A DNA stretch of 64,000 bases from Vulcanimicrobiota bacterium (GCA_963733295.1 CAVTCS010000003.1:1952001-2016000); one strand, 5' to 3'. Shown: positions 30,235 to 40,183, counted from the stretch's first letter. Translations and numbers: made by a program. Notes: generated by a model from the sequence alone, not told the origin.

Positions 30235-31485
30235 ATCAAGCGTCGTAGGCTCATCAAACTCCTAGCCGCGGCACCGATCGCGGGCCGCGCGCTCCCGCTC
30301 CGTGCCGTCGCGGCTTCACTGCCGCCGGCCAACGTCTCGCTCGGCGACGACGTCTTCCTGAGCGAGACGTGGCGGGAATTGAAAGGCCGCTGCGTCGGCA
30401 CCGTGACGAACCAAACCGGCGTTACGGCGCAGCTGGAATCGATCGTCGACGCGATCCGGCGCAATCCGCAAATTTGCCTGAAGGCGATATACGCGCCCGA
30501 ACACGGCTTCCGCGGCGACCGGCCCGCCGGCTCCTACGTCGCGTCGTACACCGACGAACGCACGGGCCTCCCCGTCTACAGCCTTTATGGCGCCACGCGC
30601 AAGCCGACCGCGGAGATGCTCGAGGACGTCGACGTGCTTCTGTTCGACATCCAAGATGTCGGCGATCGCGCGTATACGTACATTTGGACGCTCGCGTCGG
30701 TCATGCAAGCTGCCAAGGCGGCCGGGAAAGAAGTCTGGGTGCTCGATCGACCCAATCCGATCTCGGGCGCAATCGTCGAAGGTCCAGTTCTCGAGCCGGC
30801 CTACGCGTCGTTCATCGGACTCTTTCCGATTCCGATCCGTCACGGAATGACGGTCGGTGAACTCGCGCGCCTCTTCAACGAACACTTCGGCATCGGCTGC
30901 TCGCTGCGGGTCGTTCCGATGCGCGGCTACACGCGCGCGATGTTTTGGCCGGACACGGGCCTCTACTGGGTGCAGACCTCACCCAACATTCCCGAGTGGG
31001 AGACGACGCTCGTGTATCCGGCGACTGGCTTGATCGACGGGGCCGGAATCAACAACGGCACCGGTTTCACCAAACCTTTTAAGTACGCCGGCGCGCTGGG
31101 ACTCGACGGCGCGCGGCTCGCCGAGACCCTCAACGCGCGCAACGTTCCGGGCATCTTCTTCCGGCCTGCAGCCTGGACGCCGTTCTCGGGGTTTTGGAGC
31201 GGCCGAACGCTGACGGGCGTCGAGCTCGTCGTCGTCAACCGGCACACGTTCCGCGCGGTGCGCACCGCCGTCGAAATCTTGATCGCGGTTCGCAAGATCG
31301 CGCCCGGGGCGATTTCGATTCACAGCGCGACGGGTCTCGACAAGGACTGGGGGACGGATTCCTTGCGGCGCGGACTCCTCGAGGGCGACGGCGTCGAAGA
31401 AATCTTAAATCAGTGGATACCGGGTGAGCGTGCCTTCGCGACGCTGCGCGCGCCGTACTTGCTCTATCCGCAAGGGCCGGCGTAA
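30235..31485 (+). CDS. namZ: exo-beta-N-acetylmuramidase NamZ (DUF1343) with Tat-like signal
   Basis: TNQTG, APEHG, VYSLYG, FDIQDVG.R.YTY, LDRPNP, RHGMTVGELA, TSPNIP. The frame extends upstream to IKRRRLIKLLAAA at ATC 30235. Confidence 0.88.
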   Translation: MKRRRLIKLLAAAPIAGRALPLRAVAASLPPANVSLGDDVFLSETWRELKGRCVGTVTNQTGVTAQLESIVDAIRRNPQICLKAIYAPEHGFRGDRPAGSYVASYTDERTGLPVYSLYGATRKPTAEMLEDVDVLLFDIQDVGDRAYTYIWTLASVMQAAKAAGKEVWVLDRPNPISGAIVEGPVLEPAYASFIGLFPIPIRHGMTVGELARLFNEHFGIGCSLRVVPMRGYTRAMFWPDTGLYWVQTSPNIPEWETTLVYPATGLIDGAGINNGTGFTKPFKYAGALGLDGARLAETLNARNVPGIFFRPAAWTPFSGFWSGRTLTGVELVVVNRHTFRAVRTAVEILIAVRKIAPGAISIHSATGLDKDWGTDSLRRGLLEGDGVEEILNQWIPGERAFATLRAPYLLYPQGPA

Positions 31486-31518
31486 CTCCGCCGTCAAACC
31501 GGCCAAGAGCCATCTAAC

Positions 31519-32559
31519 ATGACAAGGTTCTTAGCTGCTGTAAAAAATCTCCCGCCGGCCTATTTCGGGCTGGTGATGGCCACCGGCATCGTCTCCATCG
31601 CGGCGCAGGATTTTCATCTGCCCGGCGTAGCCGTAGGGCTTTTCGTGCTGAATTTCTTTGCGTACGCGGCGCTGGTTGGGTTGACGGTGTTCCGTGCTAT
31701 TCGCTACTGGCCCGAGTTCGGCGCCAATCTGACCGATCATCGGATTGGGACCGGATTCTTTACGACGGTCGCGGGGACGGGTATCGTCGGCGCTCAGTTC
31801 CGGTTGATCGCCGGCAACGTACCGGTGGCAACCGTTTTCCTGGGCATCACAATCGTGCTCTGGATTGCTTTCACGTACACGATATTCGTGGCGTTCACGG
31901 TCAAGAAGGACAAGCCGCTACTTCAAAACGGGATTACCGGGGCGTGGCTTCTGGCGGTCGTCGCCACTCAGTCCGTCGTGGTCCTTGGGGCGCTGATCGC
32001 CCGGGAGTTGCCCCAGCCTCACCGGCTGGAGCTCAACTTCCTTGCGCTCTCAATGTGGTTGTGGGGCGGGATGTTCTACATTTGGATCATCTCGCTGATT
32101 TTTTATCGGTACATCTTCTTCGATTTCGTGGCGAGCGATCTGACGCCGCCTTCTTGGATCACCATGGGCGCGATGGCGATCTCGACTCTTGCGGGTTCGC
32201 TGCTCGTGCAGAACACACCCGACGCGCCGTTTCTGGCGTCCCTTCTGCCGTTCCTCAAAGGTTTCACGGTGTTTTACTGGGCGACGGGGATGTGGTGGAT
32301 CCCGATGATGGTCGCGCTCGGCATTTGGCGGTACGTCATTCAGCGCGTCCCGTTGCGTTACGATCCTTCATACTGGGGGGCGGTGTTCCCACTCGGCATG
32401 TATAGCGTGGCCACGCTGCAAATGGAGTCGGCGATCGGACTGCCGTTTCTAGCTCCCTTGCCGGTGGTAATGTTTGCCGCAGCGCTCGTAGCGTGGACTC
32501 TTGCGTTCGTCGGGCTCTTGCTCGAGTTGCGCAAGCTGTTCGCATCGAACGCAAGCTGA
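31519..32559 (+). CDS. TDT/SLAC1 family (tellurite resistance/C4-dicarboxylate) transporter
   Basis: PAYFGLVMATGIVS, WLLAVVATQS, WITMGAMAISTLAG, WGAVFPLGMY. About 10 TM helices. Confidence 0.85.
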   Translation: MTRFLAAVKNLPPAYFGLVMATGIVSIAAQDFHLPGVAVGLFVLNFFAYAALVGLTVFRAIRYWPEFGANLTDHRIGTGFFTTVAGTGIVGAQFRLIAGNVPVATVFLGITIVLWIAFTYTIFVAFTVKKDKPLLQNGITGAWLLAVVATQSVVVLGALIARELPQPHRLELNFLALSMWLWGGMFYIWIISLIFYRYIFFDFVASDLTPPSWITMGAMAISTLAGSLLVQNTPDAPFLASLLPFLKGFTVFYWATGMWWIPMMVALGIWRYVIQRVPLRYDPSYWGAVFPLGMYSVATLQMESAIGLPFLAPLPVVMFAAALVAWTLAFVGLLLELRKLFASNAS

Positions 32560-32610
32560 CGGCCGGACGCTGCTCCAGGAACATCGTGAGCGGCTTGCGT
32601 AGCTTCGAGG

Positions 32611-34047
32611 ATGGAGACAGCGCCGGCCTCGGGCCTGCACGAGCGTCTGACCGACGCGCTCGGCGCCGAAGGGGTCCGCTGCGAACCCGAAGATCTTTCG
32701 GTCTACGCGTTCGACGCGTATAGCGGCGAGCGTTTACCGGCCGCGGTCGTCTTGCCGAAAGACGCGCGGGAAGTCAGCGCGGTCGTTCGCATCGCGCGAG
32801 AGTGCGGCGAACCGATCGTGGCGCGCGGCGCGGGAACCGGTTTGTGTGGCGGCGCCGCACCGGTCGCGGGTGGAATCGTCGTTTCGTTTGCGCGCATGAA
32901 CCGCATCCTAACCCTGGATCTGCGCAACCGGCGCGCTCGCGTTCAACCGGGTTTGATCAACCTCGAACTCTCGACCGCAACGCAACCCTCGGGGCTCTTT
33001 TTCGGACCGGACCCCTCGAGCCAGAAGATCTCAACGATCGGCGGCAACGTCGCGACGAACGCCGGGGGTCCGCACGCACTTTCGTACGGCTCGATGATCA
33101 ATCACGTGCTCGGTGTCGAATTCGTCGACGACTCGGGAGAAATCGTGCGCGTTTCCAGCGACCAGCCCGGCTACGATCTGAGCGCGGTCCTCGTCGGCAG
33201 CGAGGGAACGCTCGGCATCATCACCGCGGTCGACCTTCGCCTGTTGCGCGTCCCGCGCGCGATTCGCGTCTGTCTCGGCTCGTTCGGTGACGTGGAGGTG
33301 GCCTCGGAAGCGGTTTCGGCAATCATCGGCGCCGGCATCGTACCGACCGCGCTCGAGATCATGGACAAGACGATCACGCAGGCAGTGGAAGCACACTATC
33401 ACGCCGGCTTTCCGCTCGACGCGGGAGCGGTGCTGCTGGTCGAGATCGCGGGCGAGAGCGGCGATGTCGCCGCGAGCGAGGCGGCTATCGCTGCGATCGC
33501 GCGCGCGCACGGTGCGACGATGTGGCGTTCCGCGGCCGATGCACGCGAACGCGAAGCCCTGTGGGCGTCACGCAAAGGTGCGGCCGGCGCGATCGGACGG
33601 ATTGCTCCGAACTACTACATTCAGGACGCCTGCGTTCCGCGCACGCGGCTTCCTCAAGCGTTGCGCCGCGTCGACGAGATCTGTGCCGAACACCGGCTGC
33701 TCGTCGGAAACGTCTTTCACGCCGGCGACGGCAACCTCCATCCGCTCTTGATCTTCGACCGGCGCGAGCGCCGTCAGGTCGAAGCCGTCATCGCGGCAGG
33801 GACCGACATCTTGAGCGCCTGCATCGAGCTCGGCGGGACCATCTCCGGCGAACACGGCATCGGCTACGAAAAACGCGCTGCCCTCCCGCGCGTTTTCAGC
33901 ACCGACGACCTGGCGACGATGGCTCGCGTGCGCGAGGTCTTCGATCCCACCCGCTGCTTCAATCCCGACAAAATCTTCCCGAGCGGAGCGATCTGCGGCG
34001 AGGTTCGCATGCCGGAAAACGCCGTCGCCGCGGGCGCGTGGCTGTAG
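32611..34047 (+). CDS. glcD: second GlcD-like FAD-linked oxidase subunit
   Basis: ARGAGTGLCGG, PDPSSQ, GGNVATNAGGPH, GSEGTLG, FHAGDGNLHP, ISGEHGIG. Confidence 0.85.
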   Translation: METAPASGLHERLTDALGAEGVRCEPEDLSVYAFDAYSGERLPAAVVLPKDAREVSAVVRIARECGEPIVARGAGTGLCGGAAPVAGGIVVSFARMNRILTLDLRNRRARVQPGLINLELSTATQPSGLFFGPDPSSQKISTIGGNVATNAGGPHALSYGSMINHVLGVEFVDDSGEIVRVSSDQPGYDLSAVLVGSEGTLGIITAVDLRLLRVPRAIRVCLGSFGDVEVASEAVSAIIGAGIVPTALEIMDKTITQAVEAHYHAGFPLDAGAVLLVEIAGESGDVAASEAAIAAIARAHGATMWRSAADAREREALWASRKGAAGAIGRIAPNYYIQDACVPRTRLPQALRRVDEICAEHRLLVGNVFHAGDGNLHPLLIFDRRERRQVEAVIAAGTDILSACIELGGTISGEHGIGYEKRAALPRVFSTDDLATMARVREVFDPTRCFNPDKIFPSGAICGEVRMPENAVAAGAWL

Positions 34048-35306
34048 CCGCGCGAACCGACCCCGAGGCGTTCCGCTTGGGCGCGCGCACACCGCGCGCG
34101 GTCGCGACGCCGGCATCGGTCGAAGCGCTCGTGGAACTCTTGCGCGAGTGCGACGCGAAGGGCGAGTCGGTCGTGTTTTTCGGCGGCGGCACGTTGCAGG
34201 GCATCGGTCACGCACCTTCCCGTTACGATCTCGCGGTCAGCCTCGTGAAGCTCTCGAAAACGATCGCTTACGAGCATCGCGACCTTACGATCGCCGTGCA
34301 AGGCGGGATGCGCGTCGCGACGTTCGACGCTAAGCTCGCTGCCAAAGGCCAATTCGTTCCCCTCGACGCGCCGCTCGGATCGCGCAGCACCGTCGGAGGC
34401 GTGCTCGCGGGAGGCTGGCTCGGACCGCGCCGCGCCGCCTACGGGCGCCCGCGCGATTTCGTGATCGGCTCGACCGTCGTACTGGCCGACGGCACCGTTG
34501 CAAACGCCGGCGGCATGGTCGTCAAGAACTCGACGGGCTACGATCTCAGCCGTTTCTACGTCGGTTCGCTGGGAACGCTCGGCGCGATCGTTCGCGCAAA
34601 CTTCAAGACGCTGCCGTTGCCGGCCGCACGGCGAGCTGCGATCGCCGCGTTACCCGAACGCACGCGACGGCGCGCGATCGACCACGTCGCAGCGCTCGAG
34701 TTCGAGCCGGTCGCGGCGTTGCTCGTGCGGGGTTTTCGCGCCGAGATCGCGGGACGCGATGGGCTCGACGGACGTCTCTTGCTCTTCTACGAGGGCTCCG
34801 CAGCCACGATCGACAAGGCGACCCGCGAACTCCGCTCCGCGCTCGGCGCCGCGGGAGTTCCCGAGACGACGATCGTCGACCGTGAGGCCGGCGCGACGTT
34901 CACGCGCTCGGTAAATGCCTACGTGAGTTCGCTTGGCGAGCGTGGAGCGACGTACCGCAACTTCGGCGCGCCTTCCGATCTGCCGGCTCGCTTTGAGTAC
35001 CTCGCAGAGCTCGCACAGGATCACGTGCTTGGCCTCGAATCGATCGAGGATCTGCGCACCGGCGACCTGATCGCGCGCCTCAACGCCGATTCGCCGGACG
35101 AATTCACCAGGGCCGCCGTGCTCTTCGACGACGCCGTGCACGACCGGCTCGCGAATACCCAAGTCCTCGTCGCCCCGCAGAGTCTCCGCGACCGGCTCGC
35201 GATGTGGGGGAACGATCCTCCCGCGCTCCCGCAGATGCGCGCAATGAAGCAGCGCTTCGACCCGAAGGGGACGCTCGCTCCCGGCCGTTTCGTGGGCGGA
35301 ATCTAA
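34038..35306 (+). CDS. glcE: second GlcE-like FAD-binding subunit
   Basis: GGGT, STVGG, RDFVIG, GGMVVKNSTGYDL, GSLGTLG, FDPKGTLAPGRF. GTG 34038 overlaps the end of the preceding gene. Confidence 0.8.
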   Translation: MAVAARTDPEAFRLGARTPRAVATPASVEALVELLRECDAKGESVVFFGGGTLQGIGHAPSRYDLAVSLVKLSKTIAYEHRDLTIAVQGGMRVATFDAKLAAKGQFVPLDAPLGSRSTVGGVLAGGWLGPRRAAYGRPRDFVIGSTVVLADGTVANAGGMVVKNSTGYDLSRFYVGSLGTLGAIVRANFKTLPLPAARRAAIAALPERTRRRAIDHVAALEFEPVAALLVRGFRAEIAGRDGLDGRLLLFYEGSAATIDKATRELRSALGAAGVPETTIVDREAGATFTRSVNAYVSSLGERGATYRNFGAPSDLPARFEYLAELAQDHVLGLESIEDLRTGDLIARLNADSPDEFTRAAVLFDDAVHDRLANTQVLVAPQSLRDRLAMWGNDPPALPQMRAMKQRFDPKGTLAPGRFVGGI

Positions 35307-35373
35307 GACCGCGCACGGCGCCACGGCAAAGCCGCCGAGCGCTCGTTGCCGCTTTCGGTTCGCATTCCGGAAC

Positions 35374-35391
35374 GATGAAAACCGGATGAAA
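35374..35391 (+). promoter_or_regulatory. tandem direct repeat with 11-bp period (OmpR/PhoB-type box candidate)
   Basis: GATGAAA-accg-GATGAAA, about 40 bp upstream of the lipoprotein ATG. Confidence 0.4.
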
Positions 35392-35432
35392 TTCGCATGC
35401 ATCCGAAGCGGCCGCGGCAAATCGTAGCTCGT

Positions 35433-35876
35433 ATGCGCTACCTTTACCGGCGCCTCACAGCCGCGGCTGCGACCGTTCTCTTGAGCGCGTGCGGCGGGAA
35501 CTACTACTCCTCGCCCGGGCCGCCATGCGGCGCCCCGCAAGGAACCGTCATCGTCGCGTATCCAGCTCCGGGCAGCACGGGCGTCCCGGACAATTTTCCG
35601 GGCATCATCTTCGCATCGACGCACGCTTTGTTTAGCAGCTATCAGGCCATCGTAGTCCCGAACGGCAGCTCGATTGGAACCCCTCTCGCGCCGGTCGCGA
35701 TGTTTACGCCGCCGCTCCCTACGCCGAATCAGACTCCGTCGTTCGCAAATCCGATCTACCAGATGAGCGCCGCAAACGGCTATATCTTGCCGGCCGCCAC
35801 TTTGATCAACGTCTACCTCAACGATTTGAACTCGAATTGTTCTCCCCGCTTGCTGTCGTCGTTTACGTCCCAATAG
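35433..35876 (+). CDS. small lipoprotein
   Basis: MRYLYRRLTAAAATVLLSA-CGG lipobox. Pro-rich with two further Cys. Confidence 0.7.
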   Translation: MRYLYRRLTAAAATVLLSACGGNYYSSPGPPCGAPQGTVIVAYPAPGSTGVPDNFPGIIFASTHALFSSYQAIVVPNGSSIGTPLAPVAMFTPPLPTPNQTPSFANPIYQMSAANGYILPAATLINVYLNDLNSNCSPRLLSSFTSQ

Positions 35877-35912
35877 GCGGGAGGACCGGGACGCCTCGCC
35901 CAAGCTCAAGGC

Positions 35913-36479
35913 ATGCGCATTTTTGCCCGTTCTTTCCGCCTTTCGTGCTTCGCGCAGGCGTGCGCGTTAGCGCTGCCTCTCGTCGCGACGCTCCCCGCGA
36001 ACGCAGCAACCACGCACGCTGGGGCGAGTCTCATCAGGGTCAACCGCTGCGACCCGCAGCATAATCCGGGTGCGCCGGGAGGTTACGCCTACGGCCCGGG
36101 TTACGTGCCGGCGTATTATCCGGGCCGCCCTTATTACTACAACCCCGGCTACTACAACCGCACCTACTATCAGCCACCGGTGAGCGCGAGCGCCGATCTC
36201 GGCATCGATTACGTCAACGTGACGCAGCATACGATGAAGACGATCGAGTTCGGGTTGATCGCAAACGGGCGGCTCGTCGCCATGGTGCGCGATGTCGGAA
36301 CCTTCTCCCCTGGCGCGGAGATCAAGCATAAGTTCGGCATCAGTCCGAACGTCTTCCCGATCAGTACGGGCTTGCCGATCTGCACGCCGCTGCACATCGT
36401 GTACGAGAACGGCACGACCTGGACCAATCCGAAGCTTCCCCCGGACAACCCCGGGATGTACACGACGCATCCGAACTAG
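35913..36479 (+). CDS. exported hypothetical protein with Pro/Gly/Tyr-rich segment
   Basis: Signal peptide (PANA-A), GYAYGPGYVPAYYPGRPYYY region, and a C-terminal beta domain (RDVGTFSPGAEIKH). Confidence 0.7.
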   Translation: MRIFARSFRLSCFAQACALALPLVATLPANAATTHAGASLIRVNRCDPQHNPGAPGGYAYGPGYVPAYYPGRPYYYNPGYYNRTYYQPPVSASADLGIDYVNVTQHTMKTIEFGLIANGRLVAMVRDVGTFSPGAEIKHKFGISPNVFPISTGLPICTPLHIVYENGTTWTNPKLPPDNPGMYTTHPN

Positions 36480-36491
36480 CCGGCAACGCGC

Positions 36492-37373
36492 ATGTTCGCC
36501 GGATTCGAGCGGCGCCGCGTCAACGTCGGAGAGGTCACCATCAATTGCGTCACCGGCGGGACGGGACCGCCGGTTCTGCTCCTGCACGGTTATCCGCAAT
36601 GTCTGGCGCTCTGGGCGAAGGTCGCGCCGCAACTGGCGGATCGCTTCAGCGTCGTCTGCGCCGATCTGCGCGGCTACGGCGACTCGTCGAAGCCTCGCTG
36701 CGCGCCCGACGCCGCGAACTATTCGTTTCGCGCAATGGCGGCCGATCAGGTCGCGCTCATGCGCGATCTCGGCCACGAACGCTTTCACGTCGTCGGCCAC
36801 GATCGCGGGGGACGCACGGCGCACCGCATGGCGCTCGACCGGCCGGACGCCGTTCGTTCGCTCGCCGTTCTCGACATCGTGCCGACATACGCGATGTTCA
36901 TGGAAACGGATCGTCGCACGGCGAGCGCCTATTGGCACTGGTTCTTCTTGTCGCTTCCGGTGCCGTTCCCCGAGCGCATGATCGGCGCGGATCCCGACTT
37001 CTTCTTCGAAACGTCGATCGCCGGTTGGGGCGCGACGCGCCTCGAAGAGTTCGATCCCGCGATGCTGGCCGAGTACCGCCGCTGCTGGAACGATCCGGAC
37101 ATGATTCACGGCTCTTGCTCCGACTATCGCGCCGCCGCGACGGTCGACCTCGCGCTCGATACGGCCGACCTCGAGCGCAAGGTCGAATGTGCGGCCCTGG
37201 CCTTCTGGGGCTCGAAAGGCGGCATGCACAAGCTCTTCGACATGGAAGCCGAGTGGCGCAAGAAATGCACCCGCCTGAAGGCCGCGACGCTACCCGCCGG
37301 GCACTTCTTCATCGATCAGTTGCCGGCGGAGACCGCCGCGGTTCTCGCGGAGTTCCTCGCCTCCGCCGAGTGA
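36492..37373 (+). CDS. alpha/beta hydrolase, fluoroacetate/haloacetate dehalogenase-like
   Basis: [22 protein letters not shown] (Asp nucleophile plus Arg), YWHWFF, DYRA, GHFF. Confidence 0.82.
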   Translation: MFAGFERRRVNVGEVTINCVTGGTGPPVLLLHGYPQCLALWAKVAPQLADRFSVVCADLRGYGDSSKPRCAPDAANYSFRAMAADQVALMRDLGHERFHVVGHDRGGRTAHRMALDRPDAVRSLAVLDIVPTYAMFMETDRRTASAYWHWFFLSLPVPFPERMIGADPDFFFETSIAGWGATRLEEFDPAMLAEYRRCWNDPDMIHGSCSDYRAAATVDLALDTADLERKVECAALAFWGSKGGMHKLFDMEAEWRKKCTRLKAATLPAGHFFIDQLPAETAAVLAEFLASAE

Positions 37374-37402
37374 GCGGCGGGCGTCCGGAAACGCGCGAAG
37401 GT

Positions 37403-40183
37403 TCAGACGGTCAGCGCGAGTGTGACGGCGCGTTCTTCCGTAAGGCCGCGTCCCGTCGTGCTCGCTTCATCCAGTTCGGCCTGCGGCGCTTCGCGCACGG
37501 CGCCCGTGATCTTATCGTAGAGAAGTTGCTCGGTGTATTCGCGCGCCACCTCGAGTTTCTCGAGACGCGCGTCAACGAACGCGAGCAGCGTCGCCGCGAG
37601 CCGGTAGTCGCCCGGCGTGCGCAGCGCGGCGACGCCGGCCAGATGCTGAACGGAAAACGCGACGTCGATGTCGATCTGCGCGTCGTGTCGCAGACGCAGG
37701 GCCGCACGCGCGTACTCGCGAGCCTCCCCATAGTCTCCGAGCGCCAGGTAGAAGGCGGCCAGGTTGCTGAGCGACCACGCGATGAGGCGCGACTCAAGAC
37801 GCCGTGCGCGCGCCGCTTTGAGCGCCTCCTGGGCCGCGGAAACCGCCGCCTCCGCATCGCCGCAACGAAACTCGGCCTCGGCTAGCGTTCCCGCCGTCAC
37901 GGCCACGTTGTACTCGTCATCGGCATCGCGAAAACTCTTGAGCGCTTCCGCGAAGAGTTGGCGCGCGCCGACGACGTCGTCTCGCAGCGAACGTACTGAG
38001 GCCAGGTCGCGCAGGATTCCGCCTTCGCGTTTGAACCCGAGAGCGCGGAGCGCAGCGAGCGCCTTTTCGAGGAGCGTTTCCCCTTCGTCGAGTTCCCCGA
38101 GATAGACGAGCGACCGGCCTGCCCAGCGCTGCGCGTTGGCGATGCCGCGCGCGTCGTTCTGTTGTTCGAACAGCGCGAGGGCGCGTTCCGCCGCCTTGCG
38201 CGCGGCGCGGAACTGGTTCATCATCGAGGCCAGCGTCGCTTCGGCCAATTCGAGTTGAGCGACGATATGCGGCGGGGTTGCCTCCGTCACCGATGCGATG
38301 GCGGTGGCCGCCCAGCGGCGCGCCTCGGCAGCAGCGAAGGCGGCCCATACGCGCCGCAGCGTTGCCGCTATGCGCTGCCCCACGAGCGGGTCGCCGGAAC
38401 CTCCAAACGACCAAGTCAGCGCGGCACGGACGTTTTCGAGCTCGCTCTCCGCCTCCTGGACCCACGGCCCGAGTGCTACGCTTTCGTAATCGTGATCGAG
38501 CCGCTCGCTGAGCCGGGCGTAGGTCTCGGCATGCCGCCTCGCGAGTCCTGGCGCTTCGCCGAGTTCAAACGACTTCTCGCGACCGTACTGACGTATCGAT
38601 TCGAGCAAGCGGTAACGCGCGAGAGGTTCCGCGGGCTCGCTGAGCACGAACGACTTGTCCACCAGCGACGAGAGAAGATCGAGCACCTCGAATTCACTCA
38701 ACTCGGGCGTCGCGCAGACGTCCATCGCCGTCTGCAACGAAAAACTTCCAGCGAAAACCGACAGGTCGCGGAACAAATGCTGCTCGTCTGCGGAAAGGAG
38801 GTCGTAGCTCCAGTCGATGAGGGCGCGCATCGTCTGCTGCCGGGGTAGTGCCGTGCGATCGCCGCCGGTTAAAACCCGGAAACGCTCGTCGAGTTGGCGG
38901 GCGAGCTGACTCGGCGAGAGGATCTTCATGCGCGCCGCCGCTAACTCGATCGCGAGTGGTATGCCGTCCAGGCGGCGGCAGATTTCGGCGACGGCCGGCG
39001 CGCTCTCGTCGCTGATGCGGAATGCATGGTTGGCAGCGCGCGCGCGATCGTCGAAAAGGGCGACGGCGCCGTACGAAAGAGCCGAGTCGGCGGCTAGCTC
39101 GCTGCTTGGCGCGGGAACGGCCAGCGAGGGCATGCGGTACACGACCTCGCCCGCGATCTTGAGCGCTTCGCGGCTCGTCGCGAGAATCTTGACCTTCGAA
39201 CAAGACGCCAAAATCGCCGACGCGGTTCGCGCGGCTTCGACGATGACGTGTTCGCAGTTGTCGAAGAGCAACAGCACGTTCTTGCGCGCCAAGTGCGCTG
39301 TTAGCGTCTCGAGCATCGGCCGGTTCGCAGCTTCTTGAACGCCGAAGATCGTGCCGATCTCGTTCGGCACGAGGGCCGGGTCGGCGAGCGGCGCGAGATC
39401 GACGAACCAGACGCCGTCGGTGAACTGCTCGAGAACCTTCGCGCCGACTTGTTGCGAGCAGCGCGTCTTGCCGAGACCTCCCGTGCCGAAGAGCGTGACG
39501 AGCCGCGCGCCGTCCAACAACTTCTCGATGACGGCGACATCGTTGTCGCGGCCGATGAAGCTCGAAAGTTGCTGCGGGAGGTTCGTGTCGAAGACGCCGA
39601 GCGACCGGAGTTTCGGGAAATCGGTCGCAAGACCGTCTGCGCTCAGCTGATAGACGTGCTCGCTCTGCGCGAGATCCTTGAGCCGGTGCTCGCCCATGTC
39701 GACCAGCGTCGCGTCCTCTGGAAGGGAGGCGGCGACGAGCGCGGCCGCGGCACCCGAAACGAGAACCTGCCCACCGTGCCCGATGGCCAGGAGGCGGGCG
39801 ACCCGGTTGAGCGTCGGTCCGAAATAGTCGCCGTCGCGCTCGTCGGCCGCGCCGACGTGCAGGGCCATTCGAACCCGAATGCCCTCGACCGCTGAGAAAT
39901 CGGCGGCCGCAAGGGTCCGCTGGGCGTCCAGGGCCGCGGCCACCGCCTCCTCGACGAGCGCGAAGACGGCGCAAAAGGCATCGCCGATCGTCTTGAACAC
40001 GTGCCCGCCGTGACGGCCGATCGCGGCCCTCATCAGGTCGTCGTGATGGCGGACCGCCTGCTGCATCGAGACCCTGTCCCGATCCCAGCGGACCGTGCTG
40101 CCCTCGATGTCGGTGAACATGAAGGCAACGGTGCCGGTCGGTAACCCGACCGCGACTGCCCTAGGACCTCCGGCTGACTCCAC
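37403..40183 (-). CDS. class III adenylate cyclase - NB-ARC (STAND) ATPase - TPR protein
   Basis: FTDIEGST, FKTIGDAF, GDYFGPTLNRVAR, Walker A GTGGLGKT, Walker B LLFDNCEH, TSRE, LDGIPLAIELAA, WSYDLL, and a helical repeat C-terminus. Probable start is GTG 40183. Confidence 0.9.
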   Translation of the reverse strand: MESAGGPRAVAVGLPTGTVAFMFTDIEGSTVRWDRDRVSMQQAVRHHDDLMRAAIGRHGGHVFKTIGDAFCAVFALVEEAVAAALDAQRTLAAADFSAVEGIRVRMALHVGAADERDGDYFGPTLNRVARLLAIGHGGQVLVSGAAAALVAASLPEDATLVDMGEHRLKDLAQSEHVYQLSADGLATDFPKLRSLGVFDTNLPQQLSSFIGRDNDVAVIEKLLDGARLVTLFGTGGLGKTRCSQQVGAKVLEQFTDGVWFVDLAPLADPALVPNEIGTIFGVQEAANRPMLETLTAHLARKNVLLLFDNCEHVIVEAARTASAILASCSKVKILATSREALKIAGEVVYRMPSLAVPAPSSELAADSALSYGAVALFDDRARAANHAFRISDESAPAVAEICRRLDGIPLAIELAAARMKILSPSQLARQLDERFRVLTGGDRTALPRQQTMRALIDWSYDLLSADEQHLFRDLSVFAGSFSLQTAMDVCATPELSEFEVLDLLSSLVDKSFVLSEPAEPLARYRLLESIRQYGREKSFELGEAPGLARRHAETYARLSERLDHDYESVALGPWVQEAESELENVRAALTWSFGGSGDPLVGQRIAATLRRVWAAFAAAEARRWAATAIASVTEATPPHIVAQLELAEATLASMMNQFRAARKAAERALALFEQQNDARGIANAQRWAGRSLVYLGELDEGETLLEKALAALRALGFKREGGILRDLASVRSLRDDVVGARQLFAEALKSFRDADDEYNVAVTAGTLAEAEFRCGDAEAAVSAAQEALKAARARRLESRLIAWSLSNLAAFYLALGDYGEAREYARAALRLRHDAQIDIDVAFSVQHLAGVAALRTPGDYRLAATLLAFVDARLEKLEVAREYTEQLLYDKITGAVREAPQAELDEASTTGRGLTEERAVTLALTV

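Noticed and set aside
29638..31485. Selenocysteine or read-through fusion of Uma2 and namZ at the in-frame TGA
   Set aside because: The Uma2 domain ends naturally there, the position is not a Cys-equivalent site, and a signal peptide follows directly.
35307..35352. GCAAAGCC...GTTGCC resembling part of a c-di-GMP-I riboswitch
   Set aside because: The GGCAAAC-GNRA P2 arm and the P3 elements are missing, and only a short CGGCAA/TTGCCG stem forms.
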